Assembly (NCBI RefSeq): GCF_009914755.1
Contig: NC_060926.1
Source: the human T2T-CHM13v2.0 reference genome, Homo sapiens
Reading direction: 5' to 3' (one strand)
Length of the DNA: 64,000 nucleotides
Positions 41,030-55,586 of the stretch are shown here, in pieces; within the stretch, counting starts at the first letter, position 1; each line of letters opens with the position of its first letter. The notes beneath the pieces are model-generated. The model did no database searches. It was given only the letters and a program-made list of their open reading frames with translations, and had not been told where the DNA came from. A program made the translations under genes and the position numbers.

Positions 41030-42270
41030 CTGATTTGATTCCTAATTTTTTGTTTTATTGTGTGGATACTATGCATATAAAAGAATATAAAGAAAGTGTA
41101 CATGTATATAAAAAATATAAGCATGTCACCCAGCATAGTAAAAACACTTTTATCCGAGATTTGGAGGCCACATGTGATCATTCCCAATGCAAAACCTCAA
41201 CCTCAGTACCAAAGATAAGCATCACTTTGAATATTTTACTATTATTCTCCTGCATTCTTTCTAGTCTTATTATTTCCCTAAATAATTTAGTGTTGTGTGT
41301 TAGAATTTTATATGAATGGTTATCATACCGTATGGATGTCTTCTTCTGTGTCTCGTATTTACATTCAATGCCGTGTTTGTTATTTGGCCATGATAATGTT
41401 ATCAACACAAGTAATTCATTTTTGCAGCTGAGTTTTTCATTCTATGGACACATTGTATAAGTATATAACGATATATTTCTCTATTGTCCTGTCATTGGAC
41501 CTTTGCATGGTTTACAATTTTTGGCTATTAGAAATAATGCTGCCATGAACATTCTTGCTCATGCACACTGGTATGCACTGGGGATATGCCAGGAAGCAAA
41601 GTTGCTGGGCTATAATAGCCTATGTGCATCTTGAAATTCGCAAGACAATGCCAAACTGCTTCTCCACACTCTCATAGATATTTTGTACTTTTCCCAGCAT
41701 TTAAGAATCCTCATTGCAGTCAGGCACAGCGGCTCATGCCTGTAATCCCAGCATTTTGGGAGGCTGAGGTGGGTGGATTACTTAAGGTCAGGAGTCCATG
41801 ACTAACCTGTCCAATATGGAGAAACCCCGTCTCCACTAAAAATATAAAAATTAGCCGGGTGTCGTGGCAGGCGTCTGCAATACCAGCTACTCAGGAGGCT
41901 GAGGCAGGAGAATCGCTTGAACCCAGGAGGCAAAGGTTGCAGTGAGCCGAGGAGATCGCGCCACTGCCCTCCAGCTTGGGTGACAGAGTGAGACTCTGTC
42001 TCGAAACAAACAAACAAACAAAAAGTATCCTCATTGCTCCACATACTCCCCAATACTTGGTTTTATTACTTTTTAATTTGTCTTGTAAAATGGTGATGTC
42101 TCATTGTTATTTTACTTTGTATTTTCTTGATTACTCGTTAAGAGTGGTCATATTTTCATGCTTTTATTGCCTATTTGCTTTTTCTGTTCTATGAAATGCC
42201 ATTCATGTCTTTTGCTTATTTATCTGTGGGTGGTCTTTTTCTCCTGTATTGCTTTTGCATGTTTATTCAG
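41030..42270 (-). mobile_element. L1ME-like 3' fragment (interrupted by Alu)
   Basis: ttttggctattagaaataatgctgccatgaacattcttg...tgccaaactgcttctcca. Confidence 0.75.
41718..42022 (+). mobile_element. AluS with (CAAA)n tail
   Basis: Full dimer; 15-bp TSD aag(a/t)atcctcattgc. Confidence 0.96.
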
Positions 42271-42274
42271 TTCT

Positions 42275-43360
42275 CTTCTGCCATTTAAGTATTAGTGTTC
42301 TTAAAGCTCAGTCTTGGGCTCTCTTTTCTTCTTAAGCTTCTTTCTTCTCATATAATCCCATCTACTCTCAGTTACCATCTAGTCATACCATATGTATGCA
42401 AATTACTTCTGATTTTATATTTCTAGACAAGATCTAATTTCTAGCTTCACATCTTAAATCCAACTATTTCTCAGTATGCTCACTTGGATGTTTCAAAGGC
42501 GTCACAATTTTAACTTCAAAACCAAAATTATTATTTTCCTCCAAATCTGTTATTTTTAGTGTTCCCAATCTCTAAGTGTTGTACAAGGCAGAAACCTAGA
42601 GGGCATTTTGACTTTCCTCTCTCTCCCATACATAATTTCTCAGAAAGGTCTATCAAGTTTACCTCCAAACCACTTCTCAAGTCTATGTTTCTTTCCATGC
42701 CCTCTGTAAAACCCTAGTCTAAGCTATGTCACCTTTCAGCTATGGCCACAGTTTTCTACTAGCCTCCCTGAATATATCCTGTGTGTGTCCATTTAGTTCT
42801 CCACACTAGAGCAAGTGAAATATCCATTTTAAGTGCACAGTTGATGATATGGGAAACATCAACAGCTTCCCATCTCTTAGAATAAAGTCTGGCATTGCTA
42901 ACATGTGACTGAGAACATAGTCCATTTCCTGGCCTCTGCCTACGTCACCTCTTGTGATTTCTCTTGCTCCTTGTGCTCAGCTGCACCAGACTGGTTTCCA
43001 TTCCTTGAAAATCTGCGTTTTTTTTCTGCCCTCATTGTTGGACAGGCTACTCTCCATTCTTAGAATGATACCTACATGGTTCCATTGTGCTTTACTTAGT
43101 TATCACCTAAGAATCTTAGCCCAAGCACAACTTCCTCTGAATGTCATTCCCTGATAAGCCTGTCTGTTTTATAAGCTCACCAGGAATTACAGTCATTTTG
43201 TATGGACATCTTATGCATCTGGAAATATGAATATCTACCCTCCCCAGGAGTTCCGTGGGGGTGGGGAAGGTGTTTGGTTTTGGTCCCCATTAAACCTAAA
43301 CCTAATGCAGTGCCTGGCTCGTTATAAGAACTTAATAAATATTTATTAAATTAATAAATT
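42275..43360 (+). mobile_element. L2a, about 1.1-kb 3' portion
   Basis: cacttggatgtttcaaaggcgtcac...agaaacctagagggcattttgac...gcagtgcctggctcgttataagaacttaataaatattt. Confidence 0.8.
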
Positions 43361-46081
43361 ATACTCTCATATCATCTGGTTTTTAAAAGATATATCAGGT
43401 TTTATTTTTTGTTGTTACTTGGTATCACTGATCTGTAATAAAGCCCAACTCTGCACATATATGTTGTAAAATGTTTGAAATAAGATCACAGGGCGCAGGG
43501 GGAGGTGAGAGGGAGTTGGTAGGCATTTTGGTGTGATTTCTAAAATAGGTCCTGGGAAAACACGTGGTAAAATGAAACTTAGAGGCAACTAGGCCACTCA
43601 TCAAGTCACTGACTCAGGAACTTGGAAGGGCATCTACCGCGTGGAACATCAAACTGTTCAAGGTGAAATAGGTCAATCCTGGGGCTGCTTCTTCGTTTTT
43701 GTTTTGTTTTTGTTTCTGTTTTTATATAACCAACTTATTCTCAAAGTTCCCTTATACATTATTCTGTTTCATTTCATTTTGTTTTCATTCTCTTTCACAA
43801 TTATGGAGATAAGTTGGAAAGGAAAAGTAAGAAGAGATATTCTTTTCAAATTCAGAGTCTTACATGAGACATCTAACATTACTGTCCTGTGAATTCTAAG
43901 CAAATTAGAAATAAAATAAGATGATGAAATTTGGGATGGCAGAGAGTCAAAAATTGAGATCCACTCTGGGTCAGAAGAAATGTCTGTAGAATTTCAAGAT
44001 GTATCAAAGGGAAATCATAATAAGATCCAAATAAACAGGACAAAAACAATACCAGGTATTGCAATTACGCTAACCTAATTAGGATGAATAGTTAAGACAA
44101 AATATTTAACTGTTAAATGGGTTTGCAAATCATAAATATAAATATTGTGCCTAGCAAAGGGAATGGTGTGAAAAAAATATAACAAAAACTTAAGTGGGTT
44201 GCCGTATTCAATAATTTCCTCAATCATAAATACAGATTGTAAAGAAGACATTCTTTAGAAGACTTCAACTCTTTTGCAGTAAGAAGACTTTGCAAAATTG
44301 CAACTGAAAGATTCTACTAGATTATAATTGGTCAAGCTGGTGCTTTACAACCAATCAGAAGGGATAGGCTTCATAAAGTTCTGTAATTTCAGAGATTTCA
44401 GAGGAGACTATGTTCATTTCCAGCACACATACATGCACCTTTTCAAGGACACATACTGGCTGTGTTACCAGAAGGAGCATGGAATAATGAAAAAGAATAT
44501 TCTCTGCCATGTTATTCCTAAAGGATCCTCTGAAACCTCAGGCAATGTATGCCCAGTGCCTGTCCTCAGCACAATGTGAAATTGGCTTTTATTATTAAAG
44601 GGCATGGTTCAAGTAGAACACATAGGATGTCCCCTGGGTCAGGGCAATTAAATTGTCCTAGTCAGGAGAAATTAGTTTCTCCTGGATGGCGGATCCAAAA
44701 TTTAGTTCCAGGTTCCCCAGGTGCCCCCTCTTCTTAGTGATCTCCCTGGAGAGTGCATTCTTATTAAATTTCTTGTGCACAAGTTCTCATATCAAGGTCG
44801 GCTTCTAAGGAAACTGCCTTACAAAAGTGACCTGAAAGTCTTATCCATCATACCAATTAGTATTTGTTTTAAGTCAAAGAAATGTATCTCTAATTGTGGA
44901 ATTGGGTCTATTCACAGAGGTAAAAGAAGGGGTTCCCAAAGGTCCAGAAAACCATCTGACATAACGATTACCACATACAGGTAAAAGGCTTGTCCCATGG
45001 GGAAGGCACAGTATGGAAACATGGACTCCGAAAAATAACAAAAGAATAAATAAATAATAGCTAGTCCCATAGTCCAAATGTCAAATGTTAATAAAGTATC
45101 ACCCAGCATAAGCTGAACTTCATTGTGCTGCTGGTACTGTGTTAGTAAAACCTCCCGTGCAGAGTCACCCTGCCAAAGAGGCAATGTGGGCATGCTGCAT
45201 TTCAGCAAAGGATGCTTCGGACAGACTCAGGTCCCATCAGCGTCATCACAGTGGCTCCTGATGGGCTCATATGACAGAAATGAAGGAGACGGTTAGAAGA
45301 ACAAATGATGCTTCTCCAGCAAGGGATACACTATGTGTGTGGCTGAAATCCCAGAGGTTGAAGAATAAACCTGCCTGCCCATCTCACATAGACCTGAGAA
45401 TGAGAATGAAAATAATGGCCTGAAAGGGTTGAGGTGAAAGATCCACTGTAACAAATGTGGGAGTAAAAGGAAAATGGCCCACGTTAAGCAAAACTCCATG
45501 GTCCAAGTCATTTCTGTGCAGGAAGCAAGCCCCTGGGATAGAAGGGACAGACAAACAGAGCCTTGATCTCCTGTTGGAGAATGAAGAAATGACCAAAGAT
45601 CAGGAGCCAGTGCTATGCAGGATGCAAGACACGGATGTTGTCCACTGTGAATGCTGGTAGACAGTGAAGCTAATGTCCCCTGTCAGAGACTGGAACTGAT
45701 GCAGCGTGGGAATATCAGAGATGTTAGAATCAATGAGTGCACTGAATAAGAGGTGAGAGGCTTTAAAGAATTGGCAAAGAAAATTCCTCAATAAACATTT
45801 GTCCCACTGTAGCACTTTTCTTAAATTAAGGTAAAAAAGGAACTTTTGATGCCACTCAAGGGGGAAATTGTTTTTACAGGTGTGGTTTTCCAGCCCATCA
45901 CCCTTACTTCCCACACATAGGAAATAGAAGCATGATTTCCTAGTTAACCATTTGATGAAGGATTCATTTTCTGTTGACTTAAGCTCGTAGGTCTTTATCT
46001 ATGTATGCCCAGCCTGGGCTGACTGGCACTTTATTTTGCTGAAACGAGAAGATATATATTTTATTTATATCTTCCCCCCAG

Positions 46082-46453
46082 TGCAAGTGACTGAATGTTT
46101 GTGTCCCTCAAAATTCATGTGTTGAAGTCTTAACCTCAGTGTGATGGTACTAGGAGGTGGGGCCTTTGGGAGGTAATTGGGAGGTAATTAGGTCATGAGG
46201 GTATATCCCTTATGAACAGGATTAGTGCCGTTATAAAGGGACCCCAGAGAGTTCCCTTGCCCTCTTTTGGCCATGTAAGGGCACAATGAGTAGTTGGCAG
46301 TCTGCCACTCAAAAGAGAGTCTTCATCAGCACCCCACTATGCTGGCACTCTGATCTTGGACATCTCAGCCTCTAGAGCTCTGAAGAATAAATTTCCATTG
46401 TTTATAAGATACCCAGTCTATGGTATGTTGTTATAGCAGCCTGAACTCTGACA
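46082..46453 (+). mobile_element. MLT1A0-like MaLR solo LTR
   Basis: gactgaatgtttgtgtccctcaaaattcatgtgttgaa...ttatagcagcctgaactctgaca. Confidence 0.88.
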
Positions 46454-46812
46454 ATAGATAATATTAACTCTCCACTATGGTCTGTAGCTGAAAACAGCCA
46501 TGTGGGTCTAGGGTACTGTTTCTCCAATATTGCCTGAAGACCATCTGCATCAGCTACCTGCTTAGCTGGAATGGGAGACGTTTGACTCCCTTCCCAGACA
46601 CAATGAAGCAGAATCCACCTAGTGGGCTCAGAGCTCTCCATTGTTAATCAGAACCCCCTGTTGATTTCATGTATTAGGCTTTGGGAATTTCATGTCTATC
46701 TGAGAAATATTATTACATATACCTGAAAATTGGTATTTAGCTTGCAAACTGCTATAACGGTAATATATGAATATGACATCTGTTTACATTTTCTACATTT
46801 TGTGGATAGGAA

Positions 46813-47403
46813 CTGTTAACTTCTAACTTCCCCCAAAAGGGCACCAAAACAACCCATTGATATAGTAAAGCTGAGTTTACTGCTTACTGCAGCAAGGAAT
46901 CCACTAAACCATTATGACAGCATCTAAATAGCATCTGAGGGGAGTTCTATGGTTTTGGCGAGGGTTGAGTTTCTGTTTTAAGATAAGTCTTTTCATGCTA
47001 TTAGGAATGGGCTAATTGGGATTATGTAAAGCGCATGCATTATAGTTTGGGACCAGTGGGTGCAGCAAAAGGAGGCTTTGAAGAAAGTTTCCAAGAATAG
47101 GCCATTGTTTGGTGAGAAAACAGTTATTTACTGAGACTAGTTAAGCAATCTATTGCCTGAGATGGGGATAAGGACTCAGTTGACAAGTCTATTCTCCAGA
47201 TAAATATATTTTTGAGAAGACCCAGATACCATAAAGTAATTTGTAAGTTTATCATCTCGGCAAAGGTTTCCTAGAAGAGAAAAATTACATTAATATAGAC
47301 AGTCAAAGGCTAAAGTCTTGCTAATGTGGACAGTGAACTGTATAGTTGCAGATGCCTTAAGTTCGTCAAATTGGGAGTTGGAGTTGCCTGTGTCTTATTA
47401 ACT
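46813..47403 (-). mobile_element. Old ERV1-class LTR (MER90/MER110-like)
   Basis: tgttaac end; aaagctgagtttactgcttactgcagcaagg (reverse complement of a poly(A)-signal region); family uncertain. Confidence 0.45.
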
Positions 47404-47801
47404 CTATGGAATGTTCTGTTGGCTCTGTATCAGTGTCAGTGGAGTAAGACCCAGACTGCAATTTCAGGAAGGAAATCAGACCTGAACCTGGCACTCAGAG
47501 ATGCTCTTCCAACTGGCGTTAAGCAGAAATAAATAGAAGACAGGATATGCTTCATTGCGTCTCTCAGGTCTAATGTCTGTGGTAATAGGATAAAGGAAAT
47601 TGAAATGTTTGGTCTCTGATTTCTCTGTGGGAAAGGCTGGAGAATATTTCATTTTTGAGATGTGCTACTGGTCAAGGACTTGCTTTGTCACATCACTATT
47701 GTGGCTGCAAATTTCAGGGTTGCTATATTTTTTAAGCAACATCATCACCCAAACCTGGTACACTTTATTTATCACTGCCTGTGAACTTGGATGGACAAGA
47801 G

Positions 47802-48205
47802 CGATCTTAGTTTATTTTTTGTTGCTATAAAAAAATACCTGAGGCTGTGTAATTTAGTTCATAAAGAGGTTTATTTAGCTCATGGTTCTGCAGGCTGTGC
47901 AAGAAGAATGGCAGCAGCATGTGCTCGGCTTCTAGTGCGGCCATTTGTGCTGCACTGAAGCATGACAGAGAAGTTCAAAGGGGAAGTGGGAACATGCAAG
48001 TGCAAACAGAGACCGCACCTGATGGGCTTCCTGCCTTTATAACAACCCGCTATCCGGGGAATTAATTTGTTTCTCAAGAACAAATCCAGTCTTAGGAGAG
48101 CCAGAACTCACTCACTACCCTGAGCCAACACCTCCCACGACACTGGGGATCAAATTTCAACTTGAGATTTAGTGGGGACAAACAAACTATATCCAAACCA
48201 CAGTA
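47802..48205 (-). mobile_element. MSTB-type MaLR solo LTR
   Basis: aatacctgaggctgtgtaattta...ggttctgcaggctg...ggggatcaaatttcaacttgagattt...tatccaaaccacagta. Confidence 0.85.
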
Positions 48206-48922
48206 GTAGCTAAGCATATTATTGAGAAGGGAAATAAACCAACGTAACTAATGAGCTAACTTCAGAGTGGGATTGGTAGGTAAACTTAAGTAATATTTGG
48301 TCCTCACTTATTTCATAACTCTAGGTCATAACATCAAAGAGCCATTAATTCACAAAGGCGTGACCTGTACTCTGCATGCCTGAACTTTGAATAGTAGTTA
48401 CAAAGAAAAAACAGAGTGTGCTTGGAGAATGTGTCTATGCAGGCGGCTATAGGATTTTCTTATATTCCAGAGATGTTATGACCTACGTGAGGATAGCAGT
48501 ACCTTGATGAATCCTGGATGTGGCAGCTGAGATAAACAGGATGGCAAAGAACAAAATTGCTGGAAGGTGTTTGCAGGAACAGTGTTTCCCCAAGTTTTCA
48601 TGTAATGGTACACATAGAAAGTAGTGGTATTTATAAAATCTACTGGTCAGGTTCAGGAATTTCTGCCCTGAGGACAGGAGAATCAATAGCTCAACAAACC
48701 TATGCACATTCAAGAACTCAGGTTGGAAAGCTCTGATCTAGAACAAAAGAGTTTCTCTCTGGATCTGCATCCGCATTCCACCATCAGAGAACAGGAGAGG
48801 AGATAGAATCTCAAGTTCAAGAACATTCACGGAACCCCATTTTTAGGTGGAAAATGGTAGCTTGATTGCTTTAAAAATGATATAGATGGAAGAAAGGCTC
48901 TGCTTCTGGTTGATTGAGTTAC

Positions 48923-48946
48923 TTTTTTTTTTTTTTTTTTTTTTTT
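48923..48946. repeat. Poly(T) tract
   Basis: About 24 T. Confidence 0.95.
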
Positions 48947-50068
48947 GTAAGTTGGCCTTTCTCTGTCACTGGAGAGGTGAGAACGAAACTCCATTGCTGT
49001 AGTGGGCTTAGGGAACAGGGGAAAACTTTGCCTTGATCTTACATCTGCTGAATAAAAGAAGAAACCCCTTTGTGGCCATTGAAATTTCATTTGGTTTGGG
49101 GGATTAAGGCCTCAGCTTGTCATCTAAGTTGCCATCGTTTGGTGCAAGATCAAATGCACAGCTGGATAGTTTGGGAAAACTGAAGCTAGAGCTCCATGTC
49201 CTCACTTTCTCACCAAACAGTGGCTTTTACAAGCACTCATTGCTGCTTGGGTTCGGGGGGCATGCAGAAGGAATGCTGATGCCTACGTCTCCGAGGCTTG
49301 ACCCAGGGAGGAGACATCATGCGATTACCAATAAGCTCCTTCAAACTGAGAGCCCGTAGGATGCCACCATCACTGACAACGGCTACTTGGGTTTTCATTG
49401 CTTGGAGAAGACAATTGCTGTTCATTGTGCCCATTGAGCAGACATGTTTGTGGGCATGCAAGAAACAGCATATAGTAATCCTTGGACTTGATTATATGCA
49501 CATTCTTTTTTCCTTTTTAATTACAGTAGTCTTCTGTGACACAAGTGGCACTTCTGTTACTCTCCTGAAGGAGGACCCTCTGAATCACCCTCGAGGACAG
49601 GCACTTGCTCTGCACAGACTTCCCTGTTTGGAGAGCCGTCTGTGCATCCAGCTTCCCACTCTCCCCAGGCACCAAACAATGAGGTTCTGTCTAAGGCTTC
49701 TTGAATTTGTCAAACCAGGACAGTAAGGAACTGAATTCTATGACAGCAAGTGTTTTTAGAAACAAAAAAATGAAGGTCAAACTTGGGTATTCTAATTCAT
49801 TTTCTTCAAAGCAACTAGACATGGTAACAAAGATCTCTCTTTTTCTCCTAGACACACACAGAGACCACACTTAGTGAGAAGCAACATTAAAATTGCTTAC
49901 ACAAATTTCTATAAAAGCAGGCTTTGAAGCTTCAAGTCATTGCACTGTCCTCAGTCCATGATATTTGATTCCCTTTTCTTTACATACAATTTCAGTAAGT
50001 AAATTTAGTATATATGTACACATGCATATTTATACATTTTATTTCACACAAAAATCCTGTGAGCTGGT

Positions 50069-50577
50069 TGTAATGATTAATGTTATGTGTCCACTTGACT
50101 GGGCCACAGAATGCCCAGACATTTGGTTAAACATTATTCTGGGTGTATCTGTGAGGGTGTTTTGGGGTGAGATTGACATGTGAATTGGCAGACTAGATAG
50201 AGAAGACTGTCCTCCCTACATTGGGTGGGCTTCATCAGTCAACTGAAGACCTGAACAAATATCTGAGTGAGAAGGAATTCCCCTGCCTAAGTGGCTGTTT
50301 GGGATGTTAGTTTTTTCCTGCTTTCAGATTCTAATTGAAAAAATGGCTCTCCATGGATCTCAAATCTGCCAGCTTTTGGACTAGAACTCACAACATCAGA
50401 AGGTTCTCCTGGTTCTCAGGCCTTTGGATTCTAATGAGAACTATATCACTGAACTCTCCTGAGCCTCCAGTTTGCCAATTGCACAAGCCAATTCCATATA
50501 TATATATGCACACACATACATATACGTGTGTGTGTGTGTGTGTGTGTGTGTTTCTCTGGAGAACACTGACTAATACA
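50069..50577 (+). mobile_element. MLT2B-like solo LTR with internal (TG)n, nested in a MIR
   Basis: tgtaatgattaatgttatgtgtccacttgactgggcca...ctggagaacactgactaataca; TSD ctggt/gtggt; MIR sequence on both flanks. Confidence 0.9.
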
Positions 50578-51030
50578 GTGGTATTATTCTTCCCATCCTA
50601 AAGAGCTCAAAAAGGCTTTGTGGCACCCTAAAGTCACGTAGCTAGCAAGCTACATCTAGTATTCAAATTCAGTGCTTTTCCCATTTCACCGCAGCTGCCA
50701 TGATATCAAAGCCCCAGCCCCTCTACTGTAAGGTGTCCAGACCATGTGACTGTCTGCAAATCTGGTACAAATGCAGGGTTCCCTGAAGGTAAACGTCCAC
50801 AATCCAACAACTCCACTCTCCCCAGGCATCTCCTTTAGAAACACACACCCCTACTCATCAAGAATGATTGATTTGTCTTCTCAGTATCTGCATTTTCCCT
50901 GAGCATGTGTCCAGCTCTTACTCATAAATCCTCAAGCACCACCGCTAAACATAAGAGAGGGACCCCACTTCGTCACCCCAGAGGAATCCCAAGGCCCGAC
51001 TGGGCACAAACATGCTTACTAATCTCATGC

Positions 51031-51168
51031 ACACAGTTACCACATGATTCATAATCCAAAATAAGACCCTTTGGAGAAGAGAGTGGAGAGGTGCTATAAA
51101 TCCCAACACTAGGACAGCAGATATAAATGGTGACTCTCCTGGGTAGACTGGGAAATACAGTCATCCTG
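51031..51168 (-). mobile_element. MER94 (hAT-Blackjack) relic
   Basis: atccaaaataagaccctttggagaagagagtggagaggtgctata...ggacagcagatataaat...cagtcatcctg. Confidence 0.6.
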
Positions 51169-52059
51169 TTTATACACCTAATGTCTATTGAGCATCATGT
51201 TAGCAAATGTCGTGGCTTTAACATCCCTGAAATAGAGGATCAGCATGTTCTGATAATCGACACTCACATTTTCTCCTTTTCTACCTGAAAAATAATGTAC
51301 CAAATTTCAGGTGGTGTTGCTCTAAGGACCTAAAATTCATTTTTAACAATCCAGTCAAAATTCATGTGTGTGACATACACATACACTTGTTTCTTTCTAT
51401 CCCCTTTAAGTTCAAGGAAAGTGCTGTATCTAAGGAAGTTGCTTTGGATTATTAGAAAATCATCAATTAAAGATAAATGGTCAGGAAAGACATTTCAGGA
51501 CTTGCCCATTCAGGAAAGCATGTATAATTGGGTGAACCTAAAACTTCTCATGGAATTGTAAGTGTTCCTCATGCTCCCCAGACACCTGGTCAAGGCTTCT
51601 GGTGCCCTGTGTCTGAGAGAGGTTGGAAAAAATTTCCTTGCCCATTTTTTATCCTGCCTTTGAATGTGAGAATAAACAGGGCTGAAATCAAACATCAATA
51701 ATTTATTCAAAAGGTTTAAATTTCAAAAAGAGGATTGACTTATTAGAACCAGTTTTGGCAGTAAGAGTGAAAGTTGTTGCTGTTGTTTTGTTTTGTTTTG
51801 TTTTGTTTTGACATTGTACAAAGAAAATAAAATGAATATAATTCAATTTCTCAGTTCCAAACATGTTTCCACAAAAGTCAAGTTGAAATGTTTTTCCATA
51901 GCATTTAAAAGAGTACAGTAATAGCACATTAACAAAAAATAGGTCAATGGTCATGACAGATTCCAGAGTACTCCACAGGTTTTACATAGGTGATAAGCTA
52001 TAGGGAAAGTAGAAGCTATTCTAGAAATGATGTTTAAAAAAGTAATTATTAATTCAGAA

Positions 52060-53044
<985 letters not shown>

Positions 53045-53082
53045 TGCAGTATTTGTTTAGCGAAGAGTTGTAAACAACCTAA

Positions 53083-53448
53083 GTATTGGCCTTAGGTAGA
53101 ATAGGCTAACTGCTATAATAAATGAAACCAAATGGTAATGACTCAACAGACAGTTTACTTCTTGCTCAGTGACTGTCCTGATAGATGTATGGTCAATGGG
53201 CTGCACTCCTGCTTTTTTTGTTTGGCTCCTTTTATTTTAGGGCTCAGCCAACCTGTGGAGTTTTCTGAGTCCATATCCGGCTGGGGGAGAGGAGAGACCA
53301 CGGAACAAAATCCCAAGGGGGTGTAAAGGGGCCAGGCCCCGAAGCAGCATCTACAAGGTCTCCACTGGCTAGCTGCAAAGCATGCTGGGAAATGTGTCCA
53401 TGGCCAAGGGAAGTAACGTTTGGTGAACTCTAAGCTGTCTGTGCCTCA
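53083..53448 (-). mobile_element. Old MLT1 (J/K/L-like) LTR
   Basis: aggctaactgctataataaat...gtttacttcttgctca...gctgggaaatgtgtcc. Confidence 0.55.
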
Positions 53449-53660
53449 GTGTCTAACAGGGGAGAAACATCTAACTGTAGGACAACAATCCATACACAGA
53501 GATTGAGGTGAATGTACATGTATCCTTTCAAGTCAGAAATAAAAATGAAAACGCAGAAATAAAGAAAATGATGCCATTTATTGTAAAATAACATCATTAT
53601 CATATTTATTTAGAGACACATGAATGCATAGGACATAGTGAGTAAGGACGTACTCGAATG

Positions 53661-54190
53661 CAGTGGTCCCCAACCTTTTTGACACCAGGAACTGATTTCG
53701 TGGAAGACAATTTTTTCATGGACTGGGTTGGGGGGATGGTTTCAGACTGGGGTTAGGGGATGGTTTTGGGATGATTCAAGAGCATTACATTTATTGTGCA
53801 CTTTATTCCTATTATTGTCATACTGTAATATTATGATGAAATTATTATACAACTCACCATAATGTAGAATCAGTGGAAGTCCTGAGCTTGTTTTCCTGCA
53901 ACTAGATGGTCCCATCTGGGGGTGATGGGAGACAGTGACAGATCATCAGTCATTAGATTCTCATAAGGAGCGTGCAACCTAGATCCCTTGTGTGCACAGT
54001 TCACAATAGGGTTTGCACTCTTATGAGAATCTAATGCTGCCACTGAACTGACAGGAGGCAGAGCTCAGACAGTAATGCTTACTCACTGCTCACTTCCTGC
54101 TGGGTGGCCCAATTCCTCCTGCTGGGCGGCCCAGTTCCTAACAGGCTACAGACTGGTACTGCTCTGTGGCCTGGGGCTTGGGGACCCCTG
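53661..54190 (+). mobile_element. MER1A hAT-Charlie element
   Basis: cagtggtccccaacc...ttggggacccctg TIRs; about 530 bp; TSD ctcgaatg/ccctaatg. Confidence 0.93.
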
Positions 54191-54411
54191 CCCTAATGGG
54201 TAGCAAAAGTTATCTCAGAGACTTTGTTGGGATTCAGATTGTGGTCAAAGGGAAAAGGAGAGTGTGCACTTAGAAGTGATATTTGAATAGTTTTCAATAA
54301 AATGAGTGTGTTTGTTCATTACTAATATAATAAAAAATAAGGTTGATAATGATGGTGTTCTACAGCTCTGATTTTGGGGGAATTTTGAGGCCATTGGGAA
54401 GTGATATGTGG

Positions 54412-54966
54412 ATTTTTTCTTTTTCTTTTTTTTTAATTAAAATTTTATTTTTATTTTAAGTTCCGGTGTACATGTACAGGATGTGCAGATTTGTTACATA
54501 AATAAACATGTGCCATGGTGGTTTGCTGCACCTAACAACCCATCATCTAGGTATTAAGCCTAGAATGCACTAGCTATATTTCCTAATGCTCTTAAGAAAC
54601 AACAGATGTTGGTGAGGTTGAGGAGAAATAAGAATACTTTTACACTGTTGGTAGGAATGTAAACTAGTTCAACCATTGTGGAAGACAGTGTGGAGATTCC
54701 TCAAAGATCTAGAACCAGAAATAGCATTTGACCCAGCAATTCCATTACTGGGTATATACCCAAAGGAATATAAATCATTCTATTACAAAGATACAGGCAT
54801 GTGTATGTTCACTGCAGCACTATTCACAATAGCAATGTAATAGAATCAACCCAAATGCCCACAATGATAGACTGGATAAAGAAAATGTGGTACATATACA
54901 CCATGGAATATTATGCAGCCATAAAAAGGAATGAGATCATGTCCTTTGCAGGGACATGGATGGAGC
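54412..54966 (-). mobile_element. 5'-truncated, 5'-inverted L1PA (about PA7-PA10)
   Basis: 54412-54592 is the antisense L1 3' end with poly(T); 54593-54966 is sense L1 upstream sequence. Confidence 0.92.
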
Positions 54967-55114
54967 ATTTTCCCTTTTTTTTAACTGCCTTTTTCTCTTT
55001 TTTCTCCCATACACAAGACTGTTAAAACAAGTGCCTCAAAGATAAGTTTTGCTTTCTATTACACCACAACGTTTCTCAAAATACTGTTTCTAGAACTCAT
55101 CTGAGCTTCTATAT

Positions 55115-55298
55115 CTGTGGTTTCCAAACTTCAATATGCTGCAGAATCATAGGGGGGCTTATTAACACAGACTTTGAGTCCTATTCCACCAAAGTTGTAG
55201 ATTCAGTAGTTGGGGATGCACACGAGAATTTGCATCTTCAACAAGCTCTCAGGTGATGCTGGTGCCACTGACCTGGGATAACACACTGAAAACCATGT
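55115..55298. mobile_element. MER5A
   Basis: tggtttccaaactt...gattcagtagttgggg...gaatttgcatcttcaacaagctctcaggtgatgctg. Confidence 0.8.
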
Positions 55299-55389
55299 TG
55301 CATAGAAATGTGCATGTTCTTTGCTTTAGATGTCTTGCTTGTATACCACCAGCTATGCTTTCATGAAGGTTATTTACTTCCATTACATC

Positions 55390-55586
55390 TGTATGGTGTA
55401 AATACCACATAACAGTATTTTTCTGAGCATCTCTTCCCAACTACCTGTTCAGTGACATCACCTTGATAGGTTGAAATCAGCCAAAGCAGGATGTTTATAG
55501 CATGGAAATCAGCAAATGCCAGAAAGTCAGGGTTCCCCTACTACCTCCCACAAGAGACAGTTGTTAAACATTTACAAACACACTGT
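55390..55586. mobile_element. MER63-like hAT relic
   Basis: ttgaaatcagcca...catggaaatcagcaaatgc...gttgttaaacatttacaaacacactg. Confidence 0.6.

Noticed and set aside
44718-44738. CTCF site
   Set aside because: Only the 3' half of the motif (AGGGGGCAC, minus strand) matches
54801-55025. L1 ORF2-like peptide as an active element
   Set aside because: A short fragment of a truncated, inverted L1PA
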